Assembly: GCA_951406725.2 (NCBI GenBank)
Contig: OX597825.1
Location: 54,312,001-54,376,000 of the forward strand
Length of the DNA stretch: 64,000 bases
Reading direction: 5' to 3'
DNA from: Octopus vulgaris
Taxonomy: Eukaryota
Positions 26,261 to 39,502 of the stretch are shown one piece after another. The notes under the pieces are model-generated. The model saw nothing but the letters and a program-made list of their open reading frames with translations. It was not told where the DNA came from and searched no databases. The first letter of the stretch is position 1. Every line of letters begins with the position of its first letter. Both the position numbers and the translations under genes were made by a program.

Positions 26261-27469
26261 CATATATATTTAGATATAATATAATTTTCTGTATGTGAGT
26301 GTGTATGTATGTATATATATGTATGTACACACACACACATACAAACACGCACATACATGTGTGTCTGAATAATATTTTAGTAAGTTCAGCTGACCCTACG
26401 TGCAATTAACTTCTTGATTACATGTCGACAACGTTAAATTTCGCCCACTTTTCTTAATTATTTGCCTTGTCACCCAGGAGTTGCTTCTACTCACTAAACC
26501 TTTTTTGTTCTCCCACCATGTGTGACTCTGCACTGGATTTGAAGTAAAATATCCTGAGTGCAATTAAATAAATAATTTTGACCGATATTCCACAGATTTT
26601 GCCAGACTACTCTTTGAAATATCTACATAATCTATAATATTATAGTGCTGGTCATTGTGTGTGCTTGTGTGCTCCAGCTTTCTATAAGCTTCACCATGGA
26701 AGGAAATCAATGACATAATCGGAAACATTCATCTTTTCACACGATATATAAAGGTCTATAAATTTACTACACGATGATAAATTTCAACAAAACGGCTACT
26801 AATTAATATGTTTAGTCGTAGTATGAATTCATAATTAATTCGGCGGCACCAGGACGGTGCAAGAAATAGGTGAGGTATATGAGATTTGAACATAGAAGCA
26901 CTTAATTAATAATTAGTATAAATCACTTTGTAGGGCATCTTACTGTTTCCAGTAGTTTGATATCAGCACCGCCAAACACAATAACAATTAGAAGTATGTT
27001 TTGTTTCGCTTTTCCAAAACATAACAAAGAGTCATTTGTTCTAGACCCCAGAGTGATAAATGTCAGTGCTATTATCAAAAAATGTTGAATAAATGAATTT
27101 GTGGGCGACCATATGACATTTCTTACTTCTTTAATCATCCAATGTTCTCATTATTTCATTCATTTAGAAATATACTGGATAATTTGGCTGCAACATTTTA
27201 TAATTATAGACAATTACTACCAGTTTATGACATAATTGCCTATTTCACAACAAATGTATTCCTGCTAAATATAGATGTTTAGTCTTTGACTGAGATGGTT
27301 GATACCATGCACATCATATTCTGGGTTTAGGAAAAGAATACCTCATAAACGAATGCCTGATACAGAATTAGCAGCCGTTATATTGCAGGAATATAGCATA
27401 AACAAATCCGAAAACACGCTCATCGACATGATAGTTAGTGGTAACAATCCTTTCGTTTCTCCTTCCTGC

Positions 27470-27625
27470 TATAGGCATAAGGTATGAAATCATTTTTAGA
27501 GGAAAGGGGTTAGTCGATTCCATCAACCCCACTACAAGATCAGTTCTTATTTTATCGATCCCGAAAGGGTTAAAGGCAAAGTCGAATGCGGTGAAATTTC
27601 AACTCAGAACATAAAGATGGACAAA
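27470..27625 (-). mobile_element. SINE family A
   Basis: tatcgatcccgaaagggttaaaggcaaagtcga..aactcagaac. Confidence 0.75.
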
Positions 27626-27719
27626 ACATTTAATAACAATAAAAATAATAATATTAGTGGTAGTAGTAGTAGTGGCAGCAGCAGGAGCAGCAGTAGTAGT
27701 AGTAGTCGTTGAAGTAAAG

Positions 27720-28195
27720 CATGTACCAAGTAAAGTTATGCAGGAGAATGGAAAAGTAACGATGCTCTGGTACTATGAATTTCAGAGACGGATCGTATAA
27801 TCAAACACCGTTGGCCTGATGTTGTTATATTGAAAAAGAGAGACAAATACTGTCAGATCATTGATGTAGCCATACCAAATGACATGAATGTTGTGAGTAA
27901 AGAGCTTGAAAAAATCAAGTACTCCGAATTGAAAGGGGAAATGACAAGATTGTATGGAATGCGAGAGTGATACCAGTGGTGATTGGAGCGTTGGGCTCAA
28001 TCCCGTTGAAACTTCAAGACTTCTTAAGGCAACTGGAAATCCCATGCAAGATTGGTGTTTTGCAAAAAGCAGTCTTATTGGGCACAGCGCACATCTTAAG
28101 GAACGTGTTATCTGTCTGAGGCCCTTGTTGCGATTTGACAGATGACTAAAGACTCTGGTGCATTTTTACCTATACTGTGTTACGAAGGAATAACT
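27720..28195 (+). mobile_element. Dong/R4 LINE 3' end encoding restriction-like endonuclease (frameshifted), followed by (TAA)n
   Basis: ENGKVTMLW..TDRIIKHRWPDVVI..IIDVAIPND..ELEKIKYSEL..VIPVVIGALGSIP..LQKAVLLGTAHILRNVLSV* gives the PD-(D/E)xK REL signature. Confidence 0.9.
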
Positions 28196-28215
28196 ATAAT
28201 AATAATAATAATAAC

Positions 28216-28292
<77 letters not shown>

Positions 28293-28313
28293 TAATAATA
28301 ATAATAACAACAA

Positions 28314-28452
28314 CTAGGCACTGCACACATCCTACGCAGAACACTTTCCATACAATAACCATCAGGGCATCACAACAAATCACAGCACATACCCAAGGCA
28401 CACAGAGCTGCGCTCAGTAGTGAAGTGAAAGCACGCTATAAAAATAAAAATA

Positions 28453-28456
<4 letters not shown>
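28314..28456 (+). mobile_element. Second Dong/R4-family 3' end with a different UTR, followed by (TAA)n
   Basis: LGTAHILRRTLSIQ*, then about 90 bp UTR, then (TAA)n. Confidence 0.8.
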
Positions 28457-28544
<88 letters not shown>

Positions 28545-28607
28545 TAATTACAACAACAACAACAATAACAATGATAATGATAATAATGATAATAACATCA
28601 ACAATAA

Positions 28608-28770
28608 TAGTTTCACATTTTGCCACAAGGGCAGCCATTTGTGAGGAGGGGATGGGTTGATTACATCGACCGCGATGTTCAACTGGTACTTGTTTTATCG
28701 ACACCGAAAGGATGAAAGGCAAAGTCGACCTCAGCGGAATTTGAACTCTTGCTAACCATCTTGCCGCCTT
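28608..28770 (-). mobile_element. SINE family A
   Basis: gattacatcgacc..caactggtact..gaaaggatgaaaggcaaagtcgacctcagcggaatttgaactc. Confidence 0.85.
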
Positions 28771-29334
28771 TGATAATGATACTTATCTCTAATGATAATC
28801 TATTTCTATCATCTTGCTGCCTTTGATAATGATAATAAATTCAACCATATTGCAATTGTAAAAATGATCTACAGAACTATCCCGATCCTACTGCCTCTAT
28901 AACTTTATATATCCAATAATGTTATTTCGCTAAATGTCTGTAATTAAAAAAACAAATTAACAATATAATGTAACTATATAATGATTTATATTTCTCCATT
29001 ATATGTTTTAGGCTAAAATTCTCTATTACTTATATTTGCAGTGATGAATTTCCTTCATTTACCGCTTATATAGTTTTGTATTGTAAATATCTCTGCACCA
29101 AGAATTCCATTACGGAAATATTATCAAATTTCAAATCACCGTTCTTTCGTTCCAGATCCCATAGTTTTTTCTTTATAACACATGATTTCATCCTGTCATA
29201 TTTCAGCACGAAATTCTTGTCACATAACATTGTCGTACGTCAGAACTAAATTTGTTATTTATTCAATTTATATTGATATAATGATATACTTTTAACCTTC
29301 GTTGTATACTATAATTGGATCGTTCTTGTCAGTC

Positions 29335-29366
<32 letters not shown>

Positions 29367-29380
29367 GCCATCATTGTCAC

Positions 29381-29441
<61 letters not shown>

Positions 29442-29779
29442 TTTACACCATCAACAGCAACATCAACAATATCAAGTGTAAACCAAGAAACAGGATTTAA
29501 AATTTAAAATTTTTATCTTTCTCTTTAGGCTTAAACATTTGGATTAAAATAAGCAACTTAAAATATATACACACTAGAAATAGACACTAGTATCATTGGA
29601 TTCAAAAATAAGGATTAAATATATTGATTCAAATATATAGATTAAAACAGCAGAACTTGTAGTCTTGTCGTGATCGATAAATCCCCGAGAATAAAGGAAT
29701 TGGCCCAACGTAAGGTGTAGTCAACCCTGTCGTCTTTGAGTGTAGAAATATTTGTCCTTTTTATTTCGTTCATTTTTCA

Positions 29780-30480
29780 AGTTCGTTATTGTTTTTTATT
29801 GTTCGAACTGATATATTTATTTAAAGTTTACACATGCACAGTTGCATGGTTTTGACTAAGTGAGGTAAAAATTGTGCATTTTGTGATGATCTGGGTACTT
29901 CCAAACTTATGTCGACTTTGCTACTTCAGGTTTAAAAGTGTTTGTTGTCGTGAATACAATGTTGCAATGTTTTTGGAAAACAGTATATTTGCAAATTTGT
30001 CGATAGATCCACTGAAAACGAAGTGACGGTGCACTGATTTAGGTTGACCAAGAAAAATTGACTTGATTGTATCATTGCTTTCGTGCGAACTTTATAGCAT
30101 TTTTGTCAAAATTGTTTTTCGTTTCTAATAGAGGGATAACCTACACCATAAGACATATTTTGCACTTAGTACAAAACAATCTGCTCACACCATTTGTCAT
30201 TATCCACTGTGAAGATCAAATGCTCTACAAAATCTAATGCTGCAACGTGGTCAGTTTTCTTTTAACACTGGCTTTTATAAACATATGCAATTGGATTTTT
30301 TAAATATTTTTTATGAATGTAATATACCTTCAATGGTGGTACTCTGTCTTCTAACGATTAAGGTCTCCATTTTTTTAACTTTTTTATTTCGCCTGGAAAT
30401 TAAATTAAACGGTTTTTATGCATCATCTGCTTGTGTTTTCCATATCAGAGTTCATTAAAAAGCATTGACAAGCGTGGAAT
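29780..30480 (-). mobile_element. Highly decayed Tc1/Tc3-like transposon
   Basis: Minus-strand fragments KPVLKEN..LDFVEHL..W.EQIVL, IRNEKQF and VFQKHCNI resemble a Tc3-type transposase. Confidence 0.4.
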
Positions 30481-31301
30481 AAATTACACAGTCATGTATT
30501 AATCAAGTTGAAATCACTGTCGTGTCCTACTCACACTAAACATCTGTCATACGAATTATATCTTATCGTTCCCTAAATGAGAATCGAACCACTGAAATTC
30601 GATAAATCAAGATATTTTCTGGATCACAGATAACGTTGGTGTCTAACGTAGCCCGAAGGGTAAAGAACTTAGTAGATGAGCTACTTGAAATGTTATTGAT
30701 TACCTGACTTAATTTAGATTCTTTTACTGACTTCCGAAGATGAAAGCAAAGTTCATGTCAATTGGATTTCATGCCAGAGTTAAAAAAACAGGGAAAAAAG
30801 TTAATAGATACTGCATTTTTCTTTCCGTCACCTATACCACTCCACATTACACATAACGTTGATACAGTTACATAGCCAAAGGAAGATTTTCTTCGTGAAT
30901 GACAATAGTTAAAGTCAATGTTTTTGGAACGTACCAGTATATTTGCAAATTTGGTAACGACCTAGATCCGGATAGAATATCAAGTAGACTCAGGCTTGAA
31001 TCGAATATTGAACTATGACATATTGCTGATTATGACAGGTACAACATCTTGTCAAAATTGTTTTTGCGTTTCTAATAGAGGGATAACCTACACCATAAGA
31101 CATATTTTCTAACAACATTGATCTCAGATTTTGGCATAGGGCCAGCAATTTTGAAGATCAGAGATGCTCTACATCGACTAATGCTCAACTGGTCACTTAT
31201 TCTTTTAACGACTGGCTTTTATAAACATACTGCAAAGTTGACCCCGTGGTACTTATTTTACCAACTCCGAATGGATGAAAGGCAAAGTCGAACTCTATGG
31301 G

Positions 31302-31857
31302 AAGAAATACTGCTAAGCAATATGTCTGACGCCTAAAATTCTGCCACTTCGCCCCCTAAGACTCTATAACAAAATTTTTTGGATATTCCTCACAAAATAA
31401 ATAAAACTGTGGTGGACATCAGGCAATATATAATGTTCTATGGAGTTTTAAGTTTTGAAGTTGTAAAGTCGAATCTCACCGTGGTAAAGAAATACTGCTA
31501 AGCAATATGTCTGACGCCTAAAATTCTGCCACTTCGCCCCCTAAGACTCTATACCAACAATTTTTGGATATTCCTCACAAAATAAATAAAACTGTGGTGG
31601 ACATCAGGCAATATATAATGTTCTATGGAGTTTTAAGTTTTGAAGTTGTAAAGTCGAATCTCACCGTGGAAAAGAAATACTGCTAAGCAATATGTCTGAC
31701 GCCTAAAATTCTGCCACTTCGCCCCCTAAGACTCTATACCAACAATTTTTGGATATTCCTCACAAAATAAATAAAACTGTGGTGGACATCAGGCAATATA
31801 TAATGTTCTATGGAATTTTAAGTTTTGAAGTTGTAAAGTCGAATCTCACCGTGGAAA
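31302..31857 (+). repeat. Tandem triplication of a 185-bp unit
   Basis: aagaaatactgctaagcaatatgtctgacgcc starts at 31302, 31487 and 31672; copies nearly identical. Confidence 0.95.
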
Positions 31858-32906
31858 ATCTGCGTTTCATATCAAAATATGAAGAGCGTGTAGAGGATAA
31901 ATCAGTGGATTATAGGCCACACCCAACCAGTAAAATATATGAACTTGTGTTAATATTAGAAATTAGTTCTAGTAAAGTTAGGGAAACTGAACTATTAGAA
32001 GTAGGAATCGATACTTTTAATTCCATTCGGTCTAGTGTCGCCAATACTTTGTTGTGGATTACTCAGTTGAAGTAACCATATTCTGCTTTAGTTTCTATTA
32101 GCAAGTAAATCAAAGCTTATCTCTGAGCAGAAGGAGAACTTTGAATTTAATTCTTCTTTAAAGTACTAGTCAAATACTGGTTGTATTTCACTCTGATGGG
32201 CAAATACTTCATCGCCCGCAGTTTGAGAAACTTGTGCTTTTATTTAAAATCGATATATATTTCTGTACCTCTGAACATGCCAGATAATCATTACTTTAGT
32301 CTTCACAGTTAATAAGACTCTTCTTTTGCTGGAAACAACACGTGACTACAAGCAAACGTGTTAAGCGAAGGCGATGATTGAATAGTAGTGTAAAATATTA
32401 GGTAAAAACCTGTTTAATTAAAGTACACCAATCTTCTACGTTCTAATGATAGTCTACAATTATTCACCTACTTTAGGCTGGCACACAATATAAAACCAAT
32501 TTACTTAAATCTAAATAGCTAGGAGGAGGTGACTGCAGATAGCATCATTACTTCTAAGATTCTATTGATTGATTACTTATATACGCAGCAAGATCAACAG
32601 ATAAAGAGTAAAACTTCAGCTAGAATATGGTTGGTGCTTCCTACTAAGTCACAGACTCTGATATTTCATTGGTTTAAAACAGCACAAAAGTAAACAATGA
32701 ACAGACATACCTGGTAATGTTTATATTAGATAAAGGCGGGGAAACACATTACAAGTGAATGAAATGTATCTGTCAATAGGTACAATGCGGAAGTGCAGAT
32801 CGCCGCTTATTCAAGAACTGACTTCGCCGATCTGTTTGAGACACACTGGAGTGCTTGCACCTTTCTTTCTCTCTCTCTTTCTCTTTATATATATATGCAT
32901 ACACAC

Positions 32907-32958
<52 letters not shown>

Positions 32959-33166
32959 AATATAATGTAATATAATTAAGATTCACGACTGCATTCAGGT
33001 GTGTTTGTACCTGATATTCCTGCCGTGTGTGCAGTCAACGCAACCACTCTAATTGAAGTACTGCCGTCTTGGTAATTTAGACATATACATTTATAAAGGT
33101 ACTTGGTATGGTATTTCAGAAGTGTAGATACTAATCCACCACCACATCTTTGTTACTCATTTATAT

Positions 33167-33200
<34 letters not shown>

Positions 33201-33215
33201 TAATCATACACACAT

Positions 33216-33595
33216 GGAGGCGCAATGCCCAGTGGTTAAGGCAGCAGACTCGCAGTCGTAGGATCGCGGTTTCGATTCCCAGACCGGGCGTTGTGAGTGT
33301 TTATTGAGCGAAAACACCTAAAGTTCCACGAGGCTCCGGCAGGGATGGTGGTGATCCCTGCTGTACTCTTTCACCACAACTTTCTCTCACTCTTACTTCC
33401 TGTTTCTGTTGTACCTGTAATTCAAAGGGCCGGCCTTGTCACTCTCTGTGTCACGCTGAATATCCCCGAGAACTACGTTAAGGGTACACGTGTCTGTGGA
33501 GTGCTCAGCCACTTACACGTTAATTTCACGAGCAGGCTGTTCCGTTGATTCGAATCAACCGGAACCCTCGTCGTCGTAACCGACGGAGTGCTTCC
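33216..33595 (+). mobile_element. Apparently full-length tRNA-derived SINE, family C
   Basis: Head ggaggcgcaatgcccagtggttaagg..ggtttcgattccc (A/B boxes), GC-rich body, tail cacgagcaggctgttccgttga..accgacggagtg; tail fragment recurs at 57030-57115. Confidence 0.85.
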
Positions 33596-33667
33596 ATCCA
33601 TCAATCATACACACACACATATATATATGTATGTGTGTGTGTGTTGTGTGTGTGTGTGTGTGTGCGT

Positions 33668-33705
<38 letters not shown>

Positions 33706-33711
33706 GTGTGT

Positions 33712-33985
33712 AAGGGTAGGCCAAAATCAGTTATTCGGCATGATGGATTAAATACTTTGGTTGAACAAAATTCGAGAACAGAGATACGAAAACTTTCATC
33801 AGAACTCCTCCAAATCTCTCGCACCCCTGCTTTTCGTCAACTGTAAAAAAAATTGAAAAGTCAAGAAAACCGATCAGTTTGTTCCACATCACCTGAACGA
33901 GATTAAAAAATATAAGTGTGCTCCTTATTGATATTTCGACTGGAAAAAAAGCATTTTTGCATCAAATCATTGCTTGTGACGATAA
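33712..33985 (+). mobile_element. mariner transposase fragment
   Basis: GRPKSV..LNTLVEQNSRTEIRKLSSEL..FVPHHLNE..FLHQIIACDDK. Confidence 0.75.
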
Positions 33986-34119
33986 GTCATGGTCTGACAT
34001 GGATTACGAATGATTACAAAAAGGAATTTTGTTGTGAAAACCATGTTTACTTCTAGTACATAAGTACTATCTCCCATGTTATTGGCATGCAGTAAACCAA
34101 TAACGGTTGCTAAACGGTG

Positions 34120-34257
34120 ATGGTAGCGGTGGTGTTGGTAGTGGTAGTGGTGGTGGTGGTGGTGGTGGTGGTGGTGGTGGTGGTGGTGGTGGTGGTGGTG
34201 GTGGTGGTGGTGGTGGTGGTGGTGGTGGTGGTGGTAGTGGTGGTGGTGGTGGTGGTG
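34120..34257. repeat. (GGT)n trinucleotide repeat
   Basis: Direct reading. Confidence 0.95.
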
Positions 34258-34379
34258 CGTGTGTATGTGTGTATATGTGAATATGTGTGTGTGTGCATGT
34301 GTGTGTAAATTTGTGTGCGTCTGTTTGTGAGTTTCTGTGTGTGTATGTATGTTTGTGTGTTTTTGTGTGTGTGCGTTGT

Positions 34380-34700
34380 TGTTTCCAATTTGACGCAGTA
34401 CTTCTGGCTGGCAAAGATGTTTGTTGTGCAATTCTGAGACCCTTGTTTTGAACACTTTTCGGTGCATCTTGCGCAACTCAAACCATATCTTACCAATAGT
34501 ATCAACCAATAGTTGTATGAGGAAATGAGTAGATATCCATCTGATAGATTATACTAGAAATCCAAAAGGGCCCCCATATATCATGCGGATTCCATTTGAA
34601 ATTTCCATTATGTGTTCAATTTTCTGTAGAATACGCATTCTCAAAAGATACCAATTCGCTGAACCTGTCAGTTTGGTCTATTGTTTAAGAGGAACACATA
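34380..34700 (-). mobile_element. Decayed mariner fragment
   Basis: TIGKIWFELRKMHRKVFKTRVSELHNK..CQ resembles L.MRKVCAKWVP..L. Confidence 0.45.
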
Positions 34701-34887
34701 TGATCAAAAATTCTAACTAATATTCAGTTCTTTATATGAGCTGATAAATGTGCGTCGTATATGTATATGTGCGTTTGCGTGCTGGCGCTCCGCAGTAAAT
34801 TATAATGTATGTATGTATATATGTATGTATGTATGCATGTATGTATGCATGCATGTATGTATGTATGTATGTATGCATGAATGTATG

Positions 34888-34918
<31 letters not shown>

Positions 34919-36455
34919 ATATGTATATATGTATGTATGTATGTATGCATGCATGTATGTATGTGTATATTTGTATACGTGTATGTGTTCGCGCGCATGT
35001 GTGTGCCCATATATGTTTATAAATATTTGCGTAGCCCGTCGTTGCCAGGTGGTTTTCACAATAAAATTCTTTTTTGTAATCATTCGTAATCCATGTCAGA
35101 CCATGACTTCTCCGAAGATAAACCTCTTGAGCAGGACGGTTTTTGCAATTTTTCGTAAAAATATTTCGGTGTGTATTTTTCTTCTTCAAATTGTATTACA
35201 TGCGTCTTCCACTGTTTTACATGAATTTATTTATTAAAACTTATTAAAACTTCAGCATGTCTTACAACTTTCGTCGTCGTAATGTTTTGCTTTCATTTTC
35301 TTATAGATAGCTATCACACAGAAAATGCTAGCTTCTAAATCTTGTTTTCTGATTGGCTAAAAGTTTTCAAACTTTAAACCTTTGTAAAATTTTTCTATAA
35401 ATTTTACGGAATAAACCAATGACAAAATCGGATTCAGCGTGAAAAATTATGAATATATGATATTTGAAATGTTCTCCTAATTTTAAAATTTCAAGTCTGA
35501 GACAGCAACAGGAAAGATTGAGAGAGGGAGATAGAGAGATAGTTATAAGTCACAACAACCCTAACACACACACACACTCACACACATACACACACACATA
35601 CAAACACATACACTATGTGCGTACGTCTGCGTATGTATAAATATTTGTGTATGCGTATGTATGCTTGTGTGTGTTTATTTGTGATGGATAGCAAAAACGT
35701 TGGTTGAGAACAACTTTTGTCAAATTACCTACACCCTCTCTCCTTAAAGCTACGTATTCTTCACACCCACTTCCCTTTCTTTTCCTCATTGCTTGAAGTT
35801 ACTTATGAGTATAAGTATTGGTGTGTGAGGGGTGCGTTTGTGTTATTTTTATGTCCGTGTGCGTGTGTGCATGTGTATGTATCCATGAATGTATGCATGT
35901 ATGTATACTGTGTCCATCGTAATATTTTTACATTTGCCACCGAAACCCGTCCACTACTTGGAACTTTCCAAATTTTGGTTTTCTCACTTGCCCTCTACTT
36001 TACCCTTCAGTGCAACTCAGCCCGCACGTCACACCTTTCTTATACAAAAGCAAAAACAGCCAAACGAACGCCGAGATTTTTTATAAGTTATAGCATTTAC
36101 AAATGTCCGTAATTTTTGTGTACAGATGTTCGAAAAAAAAATTAAACAGCCCCAAAATAATACAAATAAGAAGATCAAGTTAAAACAAAATAAAAACGGA
36201 AAAACAACGCGTGTGCGCACAAGAGTTAGAATGTTTACACGTGTGTTCCATAGAAATTAGGAGAGAACTAAGGAGAGGGTGATAGGGAGATGGAGAGAGA
36301 AGTGAGATGATTCAAAGAGATAAAAAGGAAACATTTTATATACAGTAAACAAAGCAGATAAAATGGGATGGACACGCCGAGTAGGTATACTAAATTTGCC
36401 GTTACATATATGTTTATGCACACAGACACACACATATATATATGTACGGACAAAC

Positions 36456-36720
<265 letters not shown>

Positions 36721-36773
36721 CCACATAAGTAAATAATACATAGCAGAGTAAAATTAATTTATATATATATATA

Positions 36774-36834
36774 TGTCATTAGAGAATCTTCAGGAGCTCA
36801 GGAGCTTAGCTTCCTGAAGATTTCTCTGATGATA
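36774..36834. repeat. Short palindrome with outward-facing CTGAAGA boxes
   Basis: tcattagagaatcttcagga / tcctgaagatttctctgatga, set between (TA)n tracts. Confidence 0.75.
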
Positions 36835-36842
36835 CATACTCC

Positions 36843-36900
<58 letters not shown>

Positions 36901-37214
36901 GCACTTATATATGAGTATGTTTGTGTTTGTGTGTGCGTATATATATCAATATACATAGGTGTGTTTGTGTATGATCTTGTAAAGTTACATTAACATCCCG
37001 AAAACACAAGTATTTACACATGCAAATAAACCCATAAAAATGTAGTTATTTATGTATTTAATCATTCTGTCTGAAATATATATTTAAGGAAGCTGTTATT
37101 ATATGGCAGAAGTACTTCCATCTACAATTCAATATTCAAATCCATATAAGAACAAATATATACATGAATACATACACACATATATATACAAACATGTACT
37201 CATACATATATAGG

Positions 37215-37272
<58 letters not shown>

Positions 37273-37486
37273 TACATTGATACATACATGCATACATACA
37301 TACTCATATATATGTGTGCTTGTTTATATATATGTATTTGTGTATATATAAACACAAGCGCACATACAAGTATATGTGTGGAAATGTATGTGTGAGTAAT
37401 ATATATATATATATATATATACATATATAAATACATACACACACATATACATCCTAAGATTCGATATTTTTCATATGAGTAGGGTA

Positions 37487-37521
<35 letters not shown>

Positions 37522-38562
37522 AATATATATGCATGTATGTATGTACGTATATATTTCAATAACAAAACATTGATAATTCAACATTTCAATGTTCGCCAAT
37601 ATGGCGGCCGACTAACGCATTCCACTTCCTTTAGAACAGAATTGAATCATGATACGCTTGAGTGAGCAAAGCATATTTTAACACTTCACTGTATCGTTTC
37701 CATTTGTACAACAGTAAATCCTACTGCGATTGTGAACCGTGAATTATTCGCCATGATAAATGTTGACGTATATTCTCATAAGTGTATAAATAAATCCAAT
37801 GTTTTAAGCCCCGAAAGTAAGTAGATGGATATATATGTATTTAACAGTGGGCGCACACGTAGATACGTATACACGTACACACAATACATGCAGACGCGAG
37901 CACACAAACACATACACTTACATACATATATAGATATAATGCGATGCACAAATTGATAACGTTTATTTGCATCGATACGTACTAAGTAAACAAAAGATTA
38001 CACACACATAAGTATATTTTAAATTAAACATAAATGTATCCTTGCAGTACGTGTGTATGTGTCTGTGTCTTTGTGCCTGTATGTGTGTGAATGTTTGTGA
38101 GTATGTATATTTATGTACGTATGAATATGTATATATGCACACACGAAGTATATATGCATATATATTCTAAATGTGAATGTATATATATATGTGTATATAT
38201 ATATATGTATATATATATATATGTATATATATATGAGAGTGAGGCTGGAGAGACATATGTATATGCGTATGAGGTATTTCAGTACGTTCGTTTCTGTGTG
38301 GATACGTAAATCTTTCGTAAATGTGCACATATATAAAAGTGTGTGAGTGTGCATGTGTGTCTGTGCGTGCGCACATGTATGTGTTTGCGTGTATGCGTTC
38401 TGAATGTTTACATACATATGTGTGCATTTTTATGTAAGTATGTATGTACACTCAAGCATACATACACAGAGATATATGCTTGCAACTGACGCATACATCT
38501 ACAAATAAACACTAGCACACATACTTCTTTATATACACGTACACACACAGATATATATATAC

Positions 38563-38663
<101 letters not shown>

Positions 38664-38916
38664 TATATCGATTAATGCGATCAATTGAGGAAATTTTAAA
38701 ATAGTGTGAATGCTGAAGGTGAAGTCAAGACGTCTGTATGTGAAGGTAATATATCTTAGATGAGATTAAGATTAAGTAAAAAGTAAATATAGCGTTCCCA
38801 AAGCTGTAGCAAACGATCGTGTTCTCTAATCCGATGAAACTCTCTGCTTTTGGCTTTACCATTCTTAGCCGTTAGAGTTGAAATTTAATGCGTGCACCTT
38901 TCCAATCTTCCTCTAG

Positions 38917-38990
<74 letters not shown>

Positions 38991-39192
38991 TCTTTCTCTC
39001 TCCCCCTCTTTCTCCTTCTATCTCTCGCTCTCTCTCCATCTCTCGCTGTTTCTTCATTTCTCGCTCACTCTCTCTTTCTTTCTTACACTTTATCTCTTTA
39101 TTTATCTATCTTTCTCTCTTTATCTGTCTGTCTATCTATCTATATTTATCTCTCTTGCTCGCTTATTCTGTGCGTGTTCAGTTGTGTGTATA

Positions 39193-39250
<58 letters not shown>

Positions 39251-39260
39251 TATATATATG

Positions 39261-39298
<38 letters not shown>

Positions 39299-39318
39299 CA
39301 AATGAACATATATATATA

Positions 39319-39360
<42 letters not shown>

Positions 39361-39450
39361 TACATATACATATATATAAATACATATGCATATATTTATA
39401 TATGCATATATATATATACATATATATATATATGCATGTATGTATGTATA

Positions 39451-39502
<52 letters not shown>

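Noticed and set aside
31302-31857. CRISPR-like array
   Set aside because: Whole 185-bp units repeat with no unique spacers, there are no cas genes, and the context is eukaryotic.
31749-32075. 108-aa ORF as a host gene
   Set aside because: It starts within the tandem unit at a non-ATG codon, runs through SINE remnants and has no recognisable motif.
33216-33290. tRNA gene
   Set aside because: The tRNA-like head runs into a 300-bp SINE body and tail; no complete cloverleaf or poly-T terminator is evident.
36774-36834. pre-miRNA hairpin
   Set aside because: No recognisable miRNA sequence; better explained as a truncated palindromic PLE end between TA tracts.
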